A stretch of DNA of 64,000 bases from Candidatus Levyibacteriota bacterium (GTDB lineage Bacteria; Patescibacteriota; Microgenomatia; Levybacterales; UBA12049). Positions 21,299-30,477 of the stretch are shown here, piece after piece (the stretch's first letter is position 1; each line of letters starts with the position of its first letter). The notes beneath the pieces are model-generated. The model saw nothing but the letters and a program-made list of their open reading frames with translations. It had not been told where the DNA came from and made no database searches. A program made the position numbers and the translations under genes. The DNA is taken from assembly GCA_052034235.1 (NCBI GenBank), contig JBPOIT010000002.1, forward strand, positions 5,939 to 69,938, in the 5' to 3' direction.

Positions 21299-21727
21299 AT
21301 GGCAACAATAAATCCTTGGATTAACTTCAACGGTAATGCAGAAGAAGCATTTACGTTTTATAAATCAGTATTCGGCGGAGAATTTACGAAAGTAGTACGT
21401 TTCAAAGACATTGCGAGCGCTGAATTCCCAATCCCTGAAAAAGAAGAAAATAAAATAATGCATATTGCCTTACCTATTGGTAAAGGTTCTACGTTGATAG
21501 CAAATGATGTTCCAGAAATCTTGGGACAAGTAAATGAGCATGAAAATAGAAGCAAGATTTTACTAAGTACGGAAAGTAAAGAAGAGGCGGACAGATTATT
21601 TACTGGCCTTTCGGTTGGTGGAGAGGTTGAAGGACCTATGGGAGACAGTCCGTGGGGCTCATATGCGGGTATGTTTCGAGATAAATATGGCATTGAATGG
21701 ATAATAGAATTTTCTCCTGATAAATAA
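21299..21727 (+). CDS. PhnB/YjdN-like VOC-fold protein (3-demethylubiquinone-9 3-methyltransferase-domain family)
   Basis: N-terminal INPWINFNGNAEEAFTFYKSVFGG matches the family signature I-P-L-F-G-AEEA-FY--FG. Confidence 0.65.
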   Translation: MATINPWINFNGNAEEAFTFYKSVFGGEFTKVVRFKDIASAEFPIPEKEENKIMHIALPIGKGSTLIANDVPEILGQVNEHENRSKILLSTESKEEADRLFTGLSVGGEVEGPMGDSPWGSYAGMFRDKYGIEWIIEFSPDK

Positions 21728-21747
21728 ATACATTATCAAAAGTAGTT

Positions 21748-22095
21748 TTGTATAGTTCGTTTATGCAAAAACTTATTAAGAATTATCCTCTTATATCCTC
21801 AGCTGTTTTAGGTTTTATTTTCCTTATTCCGTTTATTGTTCTTGAGATTGTAAATAGGTGGAAATTTAGCGAAGGGTTTCCATTTGCTGTTTTTACTTTT
21901 ACATGGGCTCTTCAAACTGTTTTTATACTGATACTGTTGAAATTTATAAAGAAAAGACAGTCAGGAAAAACTTTTAAAGAAAATCCATTTATCATTATTC
22001 TACAAATAGTAAGCTTGGTACTTATAGCTTATATTTGGGGAGGCTGGATTATCGACCAATGGCCCTGTTTGATGGGTGTGCCAAATTGTGACTAA
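21748..22095 (+). CDS. Hypothetical small membrane protein (3 TM)
   Basis: Hydrophobic segments only; no motif. Confidence 0.35.
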   Translation: MYSSFMQKLIKNYPLISSAVLGFIFLIPFIVLEIVNRWKFSEGFPFAVFTFTWALQTVFILILLKFIKKRQSGKTFKENPFIIILQIVSLVLIAYIWGGWIIDQWPCLMGVPNCD

Positions 22096-22126
22096 ACTTA
22101 TATCTTCTGATACAATACCCTAACTT

Positions 22127-22525
22127 ATGAAGCATATTGCACCTTCTCAAAAGATATATACTGCCAAATCTACTATTCCTCATGCTGATAGGGGAGTTTT
22201 TGCTGAGGTAGCAATTAAGGAAGGGGAGATTATTGAAGTGTGTCCGTTTATTGAAATTCATGATCCTGAAAGTTCGAATTTGGAGAATAACTTTCTCATT
22301 AACTATTATTATTTTTTTGGGGAGACAAAAGAGAGAGTACTTGTCGCTTTGGGTTTTGGGTCGCTCTACAATCATGATTATTCGCCAAACGCAGCTTATA
22401 CAATACATCCAGATGAACAGACAATTGTCTTTAGCGCAATAAAAAACATACGGAAAAATGAAGAAATAAAAGTGAACTACAATCACGGAAATGATGACTG
22501 CGCCCCTTTATGGTTTGAAGAATAA
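22127..22525 (+). CDS. SET-domain protein (putative protein-lysine methyltransferase)
   Basis: NHDYSPNAAY (the NHSCxPN pseudoknot motif equivalent) and EEIKVNY (ELxxxY); 132 aa, minimal SET core. Confidence 0.6.
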   Translation: MKHIAPSQKIYTAKSTIPHADRGVFAEVAIKEGEIIEVCPFIEIHDPESSNLENNFLINYYYFFGETKERVLVALGFGSLYNHDYSPNAAYTIHPDEQTIVFSAIKNIRKNEEIKVNYNHGNDDCAPLWFEE

Positions 22526-22566
22526 GACAATATACGTATTACAATCTCAACTGTTATAATTAATCC

Positions 22567-22836
22567 ATGAGTACTATTGAAGAGATTGATAAACGTCTTC
22601 AAAAAATTGAAGAGAGAAATAAAAGTGTTGAATTAAACAAAGCGTGGGAAACAAGTTACACTCGTCGATTACTTATCTCAATTTTTACGTATCTCGCAAT
22701 TGCGCTTTATCTGCAATTTATTGTTGGTATCGATCCATGGATTAATGCAATTGTACCAACAATTGGTTTTTTACTTTCTACATTATCACTTCCATTTTTA
22801 AAAAAAGTCTGGGAGAAGTTTTTCTATAAGAAATAA
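22567..22836 (+). CDS. Hypothetical small membrane protein (2 TM)
   Basis: ORF with two hydrophobic helices. Confidence 0.3.
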   Translation: MSTIEEIDKRLQKIEERNKSVELNKAWETSYTRRLLISIFTYLAIALYLQFIVGIDPWINAIVPTIGFLLSTLSLPFLKKVWEKFFYKK

Positions 22837-22854
22837 AGAATATATAATAATTCT

Positions 22855-23217
22855 ATGAAACCAACAACTGTTGATGAATATATTGCTGCCGCACCTGAGG
22901 AGACGAGAGAGAAACTAAAAGAACTGCGTGAGATTATTCGTAGTGTTGCTCCAATGGCGGAGGAGAAGCTAAGTTACAGTATGCCTTATTATGGGTATAA
23001 GGGGAGACTGGTGTATTTTGGGTTTGCAAAAAAACATGTTGGATTATATCTTCCGCCGCCGGTTGTTGAAGAATATGCAGAAGAACTTAAAATGTACGAG
23101 ACATCTAAATCAGCCGTACAGTTTCCCTTAGAAGAAAAACTTCCCGTTGCTCTTATAAAAAAGCTCGTTGTTGCTCGAATAAAAATAAATGACGCGATGG
23201 CTATAGAAAAAAAGTAA
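22855..23217 (+). CDS. DUF1801 (YdhG-like) domain protein
   Basis: VDEYIAAAPEETREKLKELREIIRSVAP...SYSMPYYGYKGRLVYFGFAKKHVGLY follows the DUF1801 pattern. Confidence 0.55.
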   Translation: MKPTTVDEYIAAAPEETREKLKELREIIRSVAPMAEEKLSYSMPYYGYKGRLVYFGFAKKHVGLYLPPPVVEEYAEELKMYETSKSAVQFPLEEKLPVALIKKLVVARIKINDAMAIEKK

Positions 23218-23227
23218 AAGAAATATC

Positions 23228-23256
23228 TTGACATATACCCCTAGGGGGTATAATAT
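23228..23256 (+). promoter_or_regulatory. copA promoter (TTGACA ... TATAAT/TAATAT) with an embedded GC-cored palindrome TATACCCC-TA-GGGGGTATA, a CsoR-type operator candidate
   Basis: -35 at 23228-23233; the pseudo-palindrome at 23234-23252 overlaps the spacer and -10; ATG at 23263. Confidence 0.5.
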
Positions 23257-23262
23257 TGAGGT

Positions 23263-25533
23263 ATGACTTCTCGTTCATATCAAGTAAATGGAATGCACTG
23301 TGCGAGCTGTAGTTCCATTATCTCCAAAAAACTTAACAAACTTCCAGGTGTGGATTCATGCTATGTTAATTTCGCCACAGAACAGGCACGTATTTCGTAC
23401 GATTCTGAAAAGGTAACAACAGAACAGATGAATCATGAAATTAATAAATTAGGATATAACCTTATCTCCCATGAAGAAAATCATAATGAATCGATGGATC
23501 ATTCAGAGCATTTAGGACTTACGCAATCAAAAGAAGACAAGCTCAAAGAACTTGCAAACCTTGAATCAAAAGTTGCATTTGTTTTACCAATTACTCTTAT
23601 GGTGTTTTCCCTTATGTTGTGGGATATCTTGTCTCAAGTTGGAGGGTTTCCTTCATTGCCAATTGAGATGGAGCTTTTTACAGCGATTTTATTTGTGTTA
23701 GCATCAATCGTTTTGTTTTGGATTGGGAGACCATATATAGATGCAGTTGTAAGATTTGCAAAATATCGTGTTTCAAATATGGACTCTTTAGTAGGAATAG
23801 GAACGCTGACTGCGTATCTTTATAGCAGTATCATATTTTTATTCCCACAGATAAAGACAGCATTATCACTTCCTGACTATACCTATTTTGATATCACTAT
23901 TGTTGTTATTGGTTTTATAACATTAGGCAAGTATCTTGAAACCCGTTCAAAACTGCAAACTGGTGAAGCGATTGAAAAACTCATCAACCTGCAAGCAAAA
24001 ACGGCTTTGGTTTTAAGAGATAACAAAGAAGTTCAAATTGCACTTTCAGAAGTACGTGTCGGAGATATTATGATCGTCAAGCCAGGAATGAAACTTCCTG
24101 TTGATGGAATTGTTTTCAGCGGGAGTTCTTCTATTGATGAATCAATGATAAGTGGAGAACCATTGCCTGTTGAGAAAAAGAAAGGTGATAGTGTTATCGG
24201 CGCGACTATCAATAAGCAAGGGAGTTTTCAGTATCGTGCAACCAAAGTTGGTTCCCAAACAATGCTTGCTCAAATTATCAAACTTGTTGAAAATGCGCAG
24301 GGGTCAAAAGCGCAGATTCAAAACCTTGCAGATAAAGTCTCGGCTGTCTTTATCCCAAGCGTTCTTATTATTGCTGTTGTCACGTTTTTTCTTTGGTTAA
24401 CAATTGGTGCATATTTTCTGGGGATGACAGCTGCATTCTCGTATGGGCTCTTGGCATTTGTTGGTATTCTTGTTATTGCCTGTCCTTGTGCATTAGGTCT
24501 TGCAACACCAACTGCAATAATCGTCGGTGTAGGAAAAGGTGCTAGTCATGGGATATTAATAAAAGACGCAGAGAGTCTGGAAAATTTACATACAATAGAT
24601 ACCATCGTTTTTGATAAGACAGGAACTATTACAAATGGAACACCCACGGTCACAAACATTGTCTCATTTGAAAAATCTTATTCAGAAAAAGAGGTACTGC
24701 AGTATGCCGGCAGTCTTGAAAACCTTTCAGAACATCCATTAGCAAATGCAATTGTTCAGAGTTTCAAAAAAACAGGAGGTTCTATACTTAAAGTAAATTC
24801 ATTTAAAGAACATGAAGGGATTGGTGTTGAAGGGATAGTTGAGCAAAAAAAGATGATTGTTAGAAAGCCCTCAAAAGACGAACAACAACTTGCAGCTATC
24901 AGTACAATGCAGTCTCAAGGAAACACCGTTGTTGTTTTGGAAATAGAGAAAAAAATTGTTGGAATACTTGCTCTTAATGACACTGTTAAACCGAACGCAA
25001 AACAAGCTATTAATCGATTACATGATATGGGTATAAAAACAGTAATGCTGTCAGGTGACAATAAACAGGCAGCAGCCTTTATTGCCGAAAAAGTGGGTAT
25101 TGATGTCGTTAAAGCAGAAGTGCTTCCTCAAGAAAAAGCGCACATAATCAAGCAGTTACAAAAAGATGGAAAAAATGTCGCAATGGTAGGGGATGGTATC
25201 AACGATGCACCCGCGTTAAGTGAAGCAAAAGTAGGTTTTGCGATGGCAACAGGTTCAGATATCGCTATTGATTCGGCCAGTATCACTATTCTTGGTGGAT
25301 CAATAGAAAAAGTTCCGCAAGCAGTTATGCTTTCAAGAGCAACAATTCGTACAATAAAACAAAACTTGTTCTGGGCTTTCATATATAATATTATTGGTAT
25401 TCCATTAGCTGCAGGCGTGTTGTATCCGCTGTTTGGATTGTTTCTCAATCCGGTTTTTGCGGGATTTGCGATGGCGTTATCATCTGTGTCTGTTGTTGGT
25501 AATTCGTTATTATTAAGGAAAGGGAAAATTTAA
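23263..25533 (+). CDS. copA: Copper-translocating P1B-type ATPase
   Basis: N-terminal HMA GMHCASC, CPC ion-translocation motif (ACPCALG), [19 protein letters not shown] motif (SEHPL). Confidence 0.92.
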   Translation: MTSRSYQVNGMHCASCSSIISKKLNKLPGVDSCYVNFATEQARISYDSEKVTTEQMNHEINKLGYNLISHEENHNESMDHSEHLGLTQSKEDKLKELANLESKVAFVLPITLMVFSLMLWDILSQVGGFPSLPIEMELFTAILFVLASIVLFWIGRPYIDAVVRFAKYRVSNMDSLVGIGTLTAYLYSSIIFLFPQIKTALSLPDYTYFDITIVVIGFITLGKYLETRSKLQTGEAIEKLINLQAKTALVLRDNKEVQIALSEVRVGDIMIVKPGMKLPVDGIVFSGSSSIDESMISGEPLPVEKKKGDSVIGATINKQGSFQYRATKVGSQTMLAQIIKLVENAQGSKAQIQNLADKVSAVFIPSVLIIAVVTFFLWLTIGAYFLGMTAAFSYGLLAFVGILVIACPCALGLATPTAIIVGVGKGASHGILIKDAESLENLHTIDTIVFDKTGTITNGTPTVTNIVSFEKSYSEKEVLQYAGSLENLSEHPLANAIVQSFKKTGGSILKVNSFKEHEGIGVEGIVEQKKMIVRKPSKDEQQLAAISTMQSQGNTVVVLEIEKKIVGILALNDTVKPNAKQAINRLHDMGIKTVMLSGDNKQAAAFIAEKVGIDVVKAEVLPQEKAHIIKQLQKDGKNVAMVGDGINDAPALSEAKVGFAMATGSDIAIDSASITILGGSIEKVPQAVMLSRATIRTIKQNLFWAFIYNIIGIPLAAGVLYPLFGLFLNPVFAGFAMALSSVSVVGNSLLLRKGKI

Positions 25534-25534
25534 T

Positions 25535-26548
25535 ATGGATCTACTTGTTATTTTCATTACTGGTTTAACTGTTGGCGGGCTTACATGTTTAGCTGTCCAA
25601 GGTGGCCTCCTTGCATCAGTTATTGCTGCGAGAGAAGAGGAGTCAACAAGAAACAAAAAAGCGCATGCCTTTTACGCGACTGGAATCTTTTTGAGTTCTA
25701 AATTAGTAGCGTATACACTTTTGGGTTTTTTTCTGGGTGCCTTTGGAGGAGCAATAAATATCAGTGATACAGTCCAAAGTATCATGCAGCTATTAGCCGG
25801 TGTTTATATGATTATTGTTGCGCTCAACTTACTCAATATTCATCCCATATTCAGATATGCAATTATTCAGCCGCCAAGATTCTTAACTCGAATGGTCCGA
25901 AATCAGTCGAGATCAAAAGACATATTTTCACCTGCGCTTTTGGGAGCCATGACAATATTTATTCCTTGCGGCACAACGCTTGCAATGGAAACTTTAGCAA
26001 TCAGTAGCGCCAATGCTTTTACAGGAGCTGCGATTATGGGCATATTTACACTGGGAACAATACCATTATTTTTCGGAATTGGAGTCGTGACATCAGTACT
26101 AGGAGATATGTATAAAACGAGATTTCTTAAACTTGCAGCAATAGCACTAATTTATTTGGGGCTGACATCTATTAACGGTGCGTTTATTGTGCTTGGTTTT
26201 CCACTTAATTCTCAAATATTTGCACAAAACACCGAACAGCCTGTGCAAAAAAATGAAAAGAAACTGTACAGTGAAGCGCCTAAACAGCAGAACATAACGA
26301 TACGCATTACTTCAGAGGGGTATTCTCCGAATTATATAAAAGTGAAGAAAGGCCAACCTGTCACATTGACGCTCAACAGTAAAGATGCATTCAGTTGCGC
26401 TCTCGCGTTTCGTATTCCTGAATATGGTATCAGCAAAAATTTACATCCAACAGAAACACAGACTGTTACTTTTACTCCGCAAAAGACAGGGAAAATTCCA
26501 TTTGCTTGCTCGATGGGGATGTACACGGGGGTGATTGAGGTAATATGA
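25535..26548 (+). CDS. Membrane protein (about 6-7 TM with a TM Cys, GGLTCLAVQGG) carrying a C-terminal cupredoxin-like beta domain; probable copper-handling accessory protein
   Basis: Translationally coupled to copA (its start lies 1 nt after the copA stop) and overlaps copZ by 4 nt. The C-terminal ~90 aa (ITIRITSEGYSPNYIKVKKGQPVTLTLNS...FACSMGMYTGVIEV) look like a cupredoxin fold without an obvious His ligand. Confidence 0.45.
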   Translation: MDLLVIFITGLTVGGLTCLAVQGGLLASVIAAREEESTRNKKAHAFYATGIFLSSKLVAYTLLGFFLGAFGGAINISDTVQSIMQLLAGVYMIIVALNLLNIHPIFRYAIIQPPRFLTRMVRNQSRSKDIFSPALLGAMTIFIPCGTTLAMETLAISSANAFTGAAIMGIFTLGTIPLFFGIGVVTSVLGDMYKTRFLKLAAIALIYLGLTSINGAFIVLGFPLNSQIFAQNTEQPVQKNEKKLYSEAPKQQNITIRITSEGYSPNYIKVKKGQPVTLTLNSKDAFSCALAFRIPEYGISKNLHPTETQTVTFTPQKTGKIPFACSMGMYTGVIEVI

Positions 26549-26769
26549 GCATCATAAAAAAGAAATTTACTATCGAAGGGATGCATTGCACTTCGTGTGC
26601 AATGAATATTGATTTTGACCTAGAAGATCTTCCTGGAATAAAAATAGCAAAAACAAGCTATGCGAAACAACAAACACAAGTTACGTATGATGAAGAAAAG
26701 GTAACTGCAAAAAATATTTGTGAAACTATCGGAAAAACCGGATATAAAGCATCTCTCGCCACAAAATAG
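26545..26769 (+). CDS. copZ: Copper chaperone (HMA domain)
   Basis: GMHCTSCAMNI metal-binding motif; 74 aa. Confidence 0.8.
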   Translation: MSIIKKKFTIEGMHCTSCAMNIDFDLEDLPGIKIAKTSYAKQQTQVTYDEEKVTAKNICETIGKTGYKASLATK

Positions 26770-26825
26770 CCCTGTTGTGATCTGGGTCATCGCACTATTT
26801 GTGTTAACGCATTAGTATACAGGTA

Positions 26826-27308
26826 ATGAAAAAAGATCCGTCAATTTGTTGTTCGCCGCTTGAAACGGCTTTATGGCAGGAGAAGACGCATGTATGGAAA
26901 GAGAAGCTCTTTTTACAAGATCAAGTTATCCAGTTTATGCATATACCCCTTAACATGTCACAAGTCGTAACGCGGATGTTTAAGAAAATTGAAGATACTG
27001 ATGTCTGTCCACCTGAGAAAGAGTTTCTTATGCTAGCGTATGATCCGTCGCCGTGGAAGTCTGAGATTTCGATGACAATAACCAAACCTATTCAAGGTGA
27101 AAAAATGACCAAACTATCAGGCACGTTTGTCAGTAAAGTATTTGACGGGCCGTATCATTATGTCCCCAAATGGATAAAGGAGATGGATGCATATCTAGCT
27201 TCTCATAAACAATCACCAATGAAATATTATTTTCATTATGCTTATTGTCCTAAATGCGCGAAAAAGTATGGACACAACTATTGTATTGCATTTGCACAGG
27301 TAAAATAA
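26826..27308 (+). CDS. Hypothetical Cys-rich protein (CC...C N-terminus; YCPKCAKKYGHNYC C-terminus)
   Basis: ORF directly after copZ; the clustered Cys/His residues suggest metal binding. No family recognised. Confidence 0.35.
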   Translation: MKKDPSICCSPLETALWQEKTHVWKEKLFLQDQVIQFMHIPLNMSQVVTRMFKKIEDTDVCPPEKEFLMLAYDPSPWKSEISMTITKPIQGEKMTKLSGTFVSKVFDGPYHYVPKWIKEMDAYLASHKQSPMKYYFHYAYCPKCAKKYGHNYCIAFAQVK

Positions 27309-27313
27309 TTTCT

Positions 27314-27466
27314 ATGACAATAAACAAAGAGTGGCATCTTGCTCATAAAATGCCAAAAAATCCTACAGAAGAGCAGCGAGCGAAGTGGCATAAGGAACAT
27401 GCCAAACACTGCGAGTGCCGCGTAGTTTCCCCTAAGATTCAGGAACTGATTGATAAATATAACTGA
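27314..27466 (+). CDS. Small His/Cys-rich protein (50 aa; ...WHKEHAKHCECR...)
   Basis: ATG at 27314 sits inside the track ORF 27254-27466, whose first 60 nt overlap the previous gene. Confidence 0.3.
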   Translation: MTINKEWHLAHKMPKNPTEEQRAKWHKEHAKHCECRVVSPKIQELIDKYN

Positions 27467-27556
27467 ACCCGGTTGCCACAAAAAGCAAAGTGTGTTAATA
27501 TATCATTTATTAAATCTTTATAGGTCACGTCACTGCCTCACAATCTGTCCTTTGCT

Positions 27557-28363
27557 ATGAAAAAAATTATATATAGTATCTCAGTTTTTGGTTTATTACT
27601 TCTCTTACTGTTTCTCCCGGAAAGTGTAGAAGCAAACAATTCGTGGAACAATTATCACTGGCCAAGGAGCAAGAATCCATTTAATCTCACACTTGGTGAT
27701 AATCTGTCCTCGCAATGGGATTCATATCTTTCATCAGCTTCCTATGATTGGGGGAGGTCATCACGGTTTGATACAAAGATTGTGCAGGGACGAATAAATG
27801 CCACCACATGTAAAGGCAGTACCGCAAATATCCAGGTTTGTAATGCCTCGTACGGTACAACTGGTTGGTTAGGTTTGGCACAACTTGGAGTTAATGGGGA
27901 TCATATTTCATACGCGTCAGTCAAACTTAATGATACCTATTTCACCATGTCACGATATAATACTTCAGCTTGGAAGAGACTTGTGATGTGTCAAGAAATC
28001 GGACATGCGCTTGGTCTTGATCATCAGGACGAGAATTTCAGTAATAAACCCATTGGAACATGTATGGATTACACGAGTGATCCGGTACCTAATCAAAAAC
28101 CCAATATAGCAGATTATTACACACTGTTAGATGTGTACAGACATTTGGATACAGGTGTTGCAGAAGGAACAGCAATTGCTGTTGATGACACAAGTATTGC
28201 AGGAGGAACTGACGAAAATGATTGGGGCAAACTCGTTGCGGGAACAGATCGAAGAGGAGGAGCAACAACTCTGGCAAGTGATACGAGCCATGTGGCAACG
28301 TTTGAAAAAGATTTAGGTAACGGAAAAAAAGTAAACACCATTGTCATCTGGGTACAGGAATAA
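27557..28363 (+). CDS. Secreted metzincin-like protein with variant zinc motif QEIGHALGLDH (QExxHxxGxxH)
   Basis: Signal peptide; the motif is paralogous to the HEFGHALGIDH of the 43804-44727 protease but with the first His replaced by Gln; a Met lies downstream (TCMDY). Confidence 0.5.
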   Translation: MKKIIYSISVFGLLLLLLFLPESVEANNSWNNYHWPRSKNPFNLTLGDNLSSQWDSYLSSASYDWGRSSRFDTKIVQGRINATTCKGSTANIQVCNASYGTTGWLGLAQLGVNGDHISYASVKLNDTYFTMSRYNTSAWKRLVMCQEIGHALGLDHQDENFSNKPIGTCMDYTSDPVPNQKPNIADYYTLLDVYRHLDTGVAEGTAIAVDDTSIAGGTDENDWGKLVAGTDRRGGATTLASDTSHVATFEKDLGNGKKVNTIVIWVQE

Positions 28364-28404
28364 TCATATGATTTACATTCATATGTGGTACAATTATCTC
28401 AACT

Positions 28405-28791
28405 ATGCAAATTAACTTCGTCGCAGCATTTCTAGCCTCATTTACAGGACTTGTTCTGGGTTATCTTTGGTATTCAGTATTTTTTGCCAAACAGTGGCAA
28501 AAGCTTTCAGGTGTAACAGATGCACAGCTTAATAAAGGTATGCCGAAAAGGGCACTGGGTTCATTTCTCCTGACATTCGTTATGTCACTTAACCTCGCAG
28601 CGTTCATAGGAACTGAAGCTGATGGTATGTTTGGCCTTTTTGCAGGATTCGCTGCAGGTTTTGGGTGGGTTGGGGTATCATTTGCTATTAATTATATGTT
28701 CGAACATCGTCCTTTCAAATTACTTCTTATAAATGGAGGATATTTCACCGTTCTTCTCACAATCAGTGGCTTCATTATTGGCCTCATGTAA
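28405..28791 (+). CDS. DUF1761 family membrane protein
   Basis: MQINFVAAFLASFTGLVLGYLWYSVFFAKQW is characteristic of DUF1761; 4 TM. Confidence 0.5.
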   Translation: MQINFVAAFLASFTGLVLGYLWYSVFFAKQWQKLSGVTDAQLNKGMPKRALGSFLLTFVMSLNLAAFIGTEADGMFGLFAGFAAGFGWVGVSFAINYMFEHRPFKLLLINGGYFTVLLTISGFIIGLM

Positions 28792-28873
28792 TTCCACAAC
28801 AGTTAATCAACTCAAAAAGTTTAGACGTTTTCAGCATGGCTAATCCTCACAAAAAACATACAGGGATCTTACT

Positions 28874-28896
28874 TATTTAAGTCTTGACTTAAATAA
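28874..28896 (+). promoter_or_regulatory. Perfect 11-2-11 inverted repeat TTATTTAAGTC-TT-GACTTAAATAA overlapping the -35 (TTGACT) of the arsR operon promoter; ArsR/SmtB-type autoregulatory operator candidate
   Basis: Palindrome arms at 28874-28883 and 28886-28896; the arsR ATG at 28913 is preceded by TATATCAT with no SD (leaderless-like). Confidence 0.55.
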
Positions 28897-28912
28897 TAAC
28901 TTCATATATCAT

Positions 28913-29251
28913 ATGTCCATTATGGATATGTTCACAGCACTTGCTGAACCTACTCGCCGCAATATCTTAGAGATGCTCGCTAACTCGGGGGAGATGTCAG
29001 CGAGTGATATCTGCAGTAAATTTACCTCATCCGCTCCTGCAATTTCACAACATTTGAAAGTACTTCGTGATGCTGATTTGGTATCCGTTGAAAAGAGAGC
29101 GCAGCAGCGAATATATGCAATCAACCCAGATAAATTGACAGAACTTGAGCTGTGGATAAAAAAATTGACAAGGCAGTGGGAAGAGAAATTCTCTAGATTA
29201 GATGCCCTGCTGCAAGAAGAAAAGAAAAAATTGAAAGGGGGTGAAAAATAA
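28913..29251 (+). CDS. ArsR/SmtB-family transcriptional regulator
   Basis: Winged HTH: EPTRRNILEMLANSGEMSASDICSKF...ISQHLKVLRDADLV. Confidence 0.8.
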   Translation: MSIMDMFTALAEPTRRNILEMLANSGEMSASDICSKFTSSAPAISQHLKVLRDADLVSVEKRAQQRIYAINPDKLTELELWIKKLTRQWEEKFSRLDALLQEEKKKLKGGEK

Positions 29252-29754
29252 TGACAGAACTAAAAGAAATAATGATAGAAAGAGTGTTTGATGCCCCGAG
29301 AGAATTGGTTTGGAAGTATTGGACAGAACCAGAGATGATTCAGAAATGGTGGGGACCTGAAACATTCACAGCTCCAAGTATTAAAGTTGATTTAAAAGTT
29401 GGCGGCAAATATATCTTTGCCATGAAGGGACCAGATGGTTCTGAATGGGATCAAGTTATGTACAGTGCTGGTGTCTACAAGGAAATAGTTCCTCACGAAA
29501 AATTAGTTGTTACAGACTATTTTTCAGACGAAGACGGAAACATGATGAATCCTGATCAGTTTGGACAAGATTCAAATTTCCCAAAAGAATCAACAGTAAC
29601 AGTGCTTTTTGAAGAAATTGAAGGAGGTAAAACCAAGCTGTCAGTTATCTATCCAAAACCTGAAACGGAAGCACAAATGGAAGCAATTCTTAAGAGCCAG
29701 ATGACTGAAGGTTGGCAATCAAGTTTCAATAAACTCGAGGCGAGTTTGAAATAA
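29251..29754 (+). CDS. SRPBCC-superfamily protein (AHSA1/activator of Hsp90 ATPase homolog-like)
   Basis: ERVFDAPRELVWKYWTEPEMIQKWWGP N-terminal signature; TAATG overlap with arsR. Confidence 0.7.
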   Translation: MTELKEIMIERVFDAPRELVWKYWTEPEMIQKWWGPETFTAPSIKVDLKVGGKYIFAMKGPDGSEWDQVMYSAGVYKEIVPHEKLVVTDYFSDEDGNMMNPDQFGQDSNFPKESTVTVLFEEIEGGKTKLSVIYPKPETEAQMEAILKSQMTEGWQSSFNKLEASLK

Positions 29755-29802
29755 GAGTGAAATCAAATCCGCCAGAGGTGGGAAGAAAGGGGGTGAAAAC
29801 AT

Positions 29803-30327
29803 ATGGCAGACATAAAACAAAAAATTACACCATGTTTGTGGTTTGATATGGAATGCGAAGAGGCAATAAACATGTATGTTGACCTTTTTAACAACAGACC
29901 AGGAGTTAAAGGAAAAACATCACAGATTGTGCATATAGAACGTTACCCGGAAGGCGTTGAAGAAGAGCACATGAAAGGAATGGAAGGGAAAATTATTACC
30001 TCAATTTTTGAACTGGATGGACAAACCTTTCAAGCACTGGATGGCGGCCCAATCTTTAAATTCAACGAAGCAATTTCGCTTTCCGTTGAATGTGAAGATC
30101 AGGAAGAAGTTGATTACTTCTGGGAAAAACTCTCAGCAGTTCCCGAATCCGAACAATGTGGTTGGTTGAAAGATAAATATGGTCTTTCATGGCAAATCGT
30201 CCCTAAGCAAATGGGAGCGATGTTAACCTCGTCTGATAAAGAAAAAGCAGGTAGAGCAATGATGGCTATGCTTCAAATGAAGAAAATAGATATCAAAAAA
30301 CTTCAAGAAGCATATGATGGGAATTAA
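29803..30327 (+). CDS. PhnB/YjdN-like VOC-fold protein (second copy)
   Basis: ITPCLWFDMECEEAINMYVDLF signature of the 3-demethylubiquinone-9 methyltransferase-domain family. Confidence 0.65.
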   Translation: MADIKQKITPCLWFDMECEEAINMYVDLFNNRPGVKGKTSQIVHIERYPEGVEEEHMKGMEGKIITSIFELDGQTFQALDGGPIFKFNEAISLSVECEDQEEVDYFWEKLSAVPESEQCGWLKDKYGLSWQIVPKQMGAMLTSSDKEKAGRAMMAMLQMKKIDIKKLQEAYDGN

Positions 30328-30351
30328 CCAAAATGTAATTACTTTTGAACA

Positions 30352-30373
30352 CCCTCTCCTTGATAGGAGAGGG
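30352..30373 (+). other. Stem-loop CCCTCTCC-TTGATA-GGAGAGGG without a U-tract, between the PhnB-like and MFS genes
   Basis: Perfect 8-bp GC-rich inverted repeat, followed downstream by TGtTACAAT (an extended -10 for the MFS gene). Confidence 0.35.
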
Positions 30374-30477
30374 AAAGGCAATGAGGTATCTTTGGGTATT
30401 CATAAGAAAAGTAACATGTTACAATAGTTATTCATTATTAACCAACATTTACTCCATTAGGTATAAAGGAAACATCT

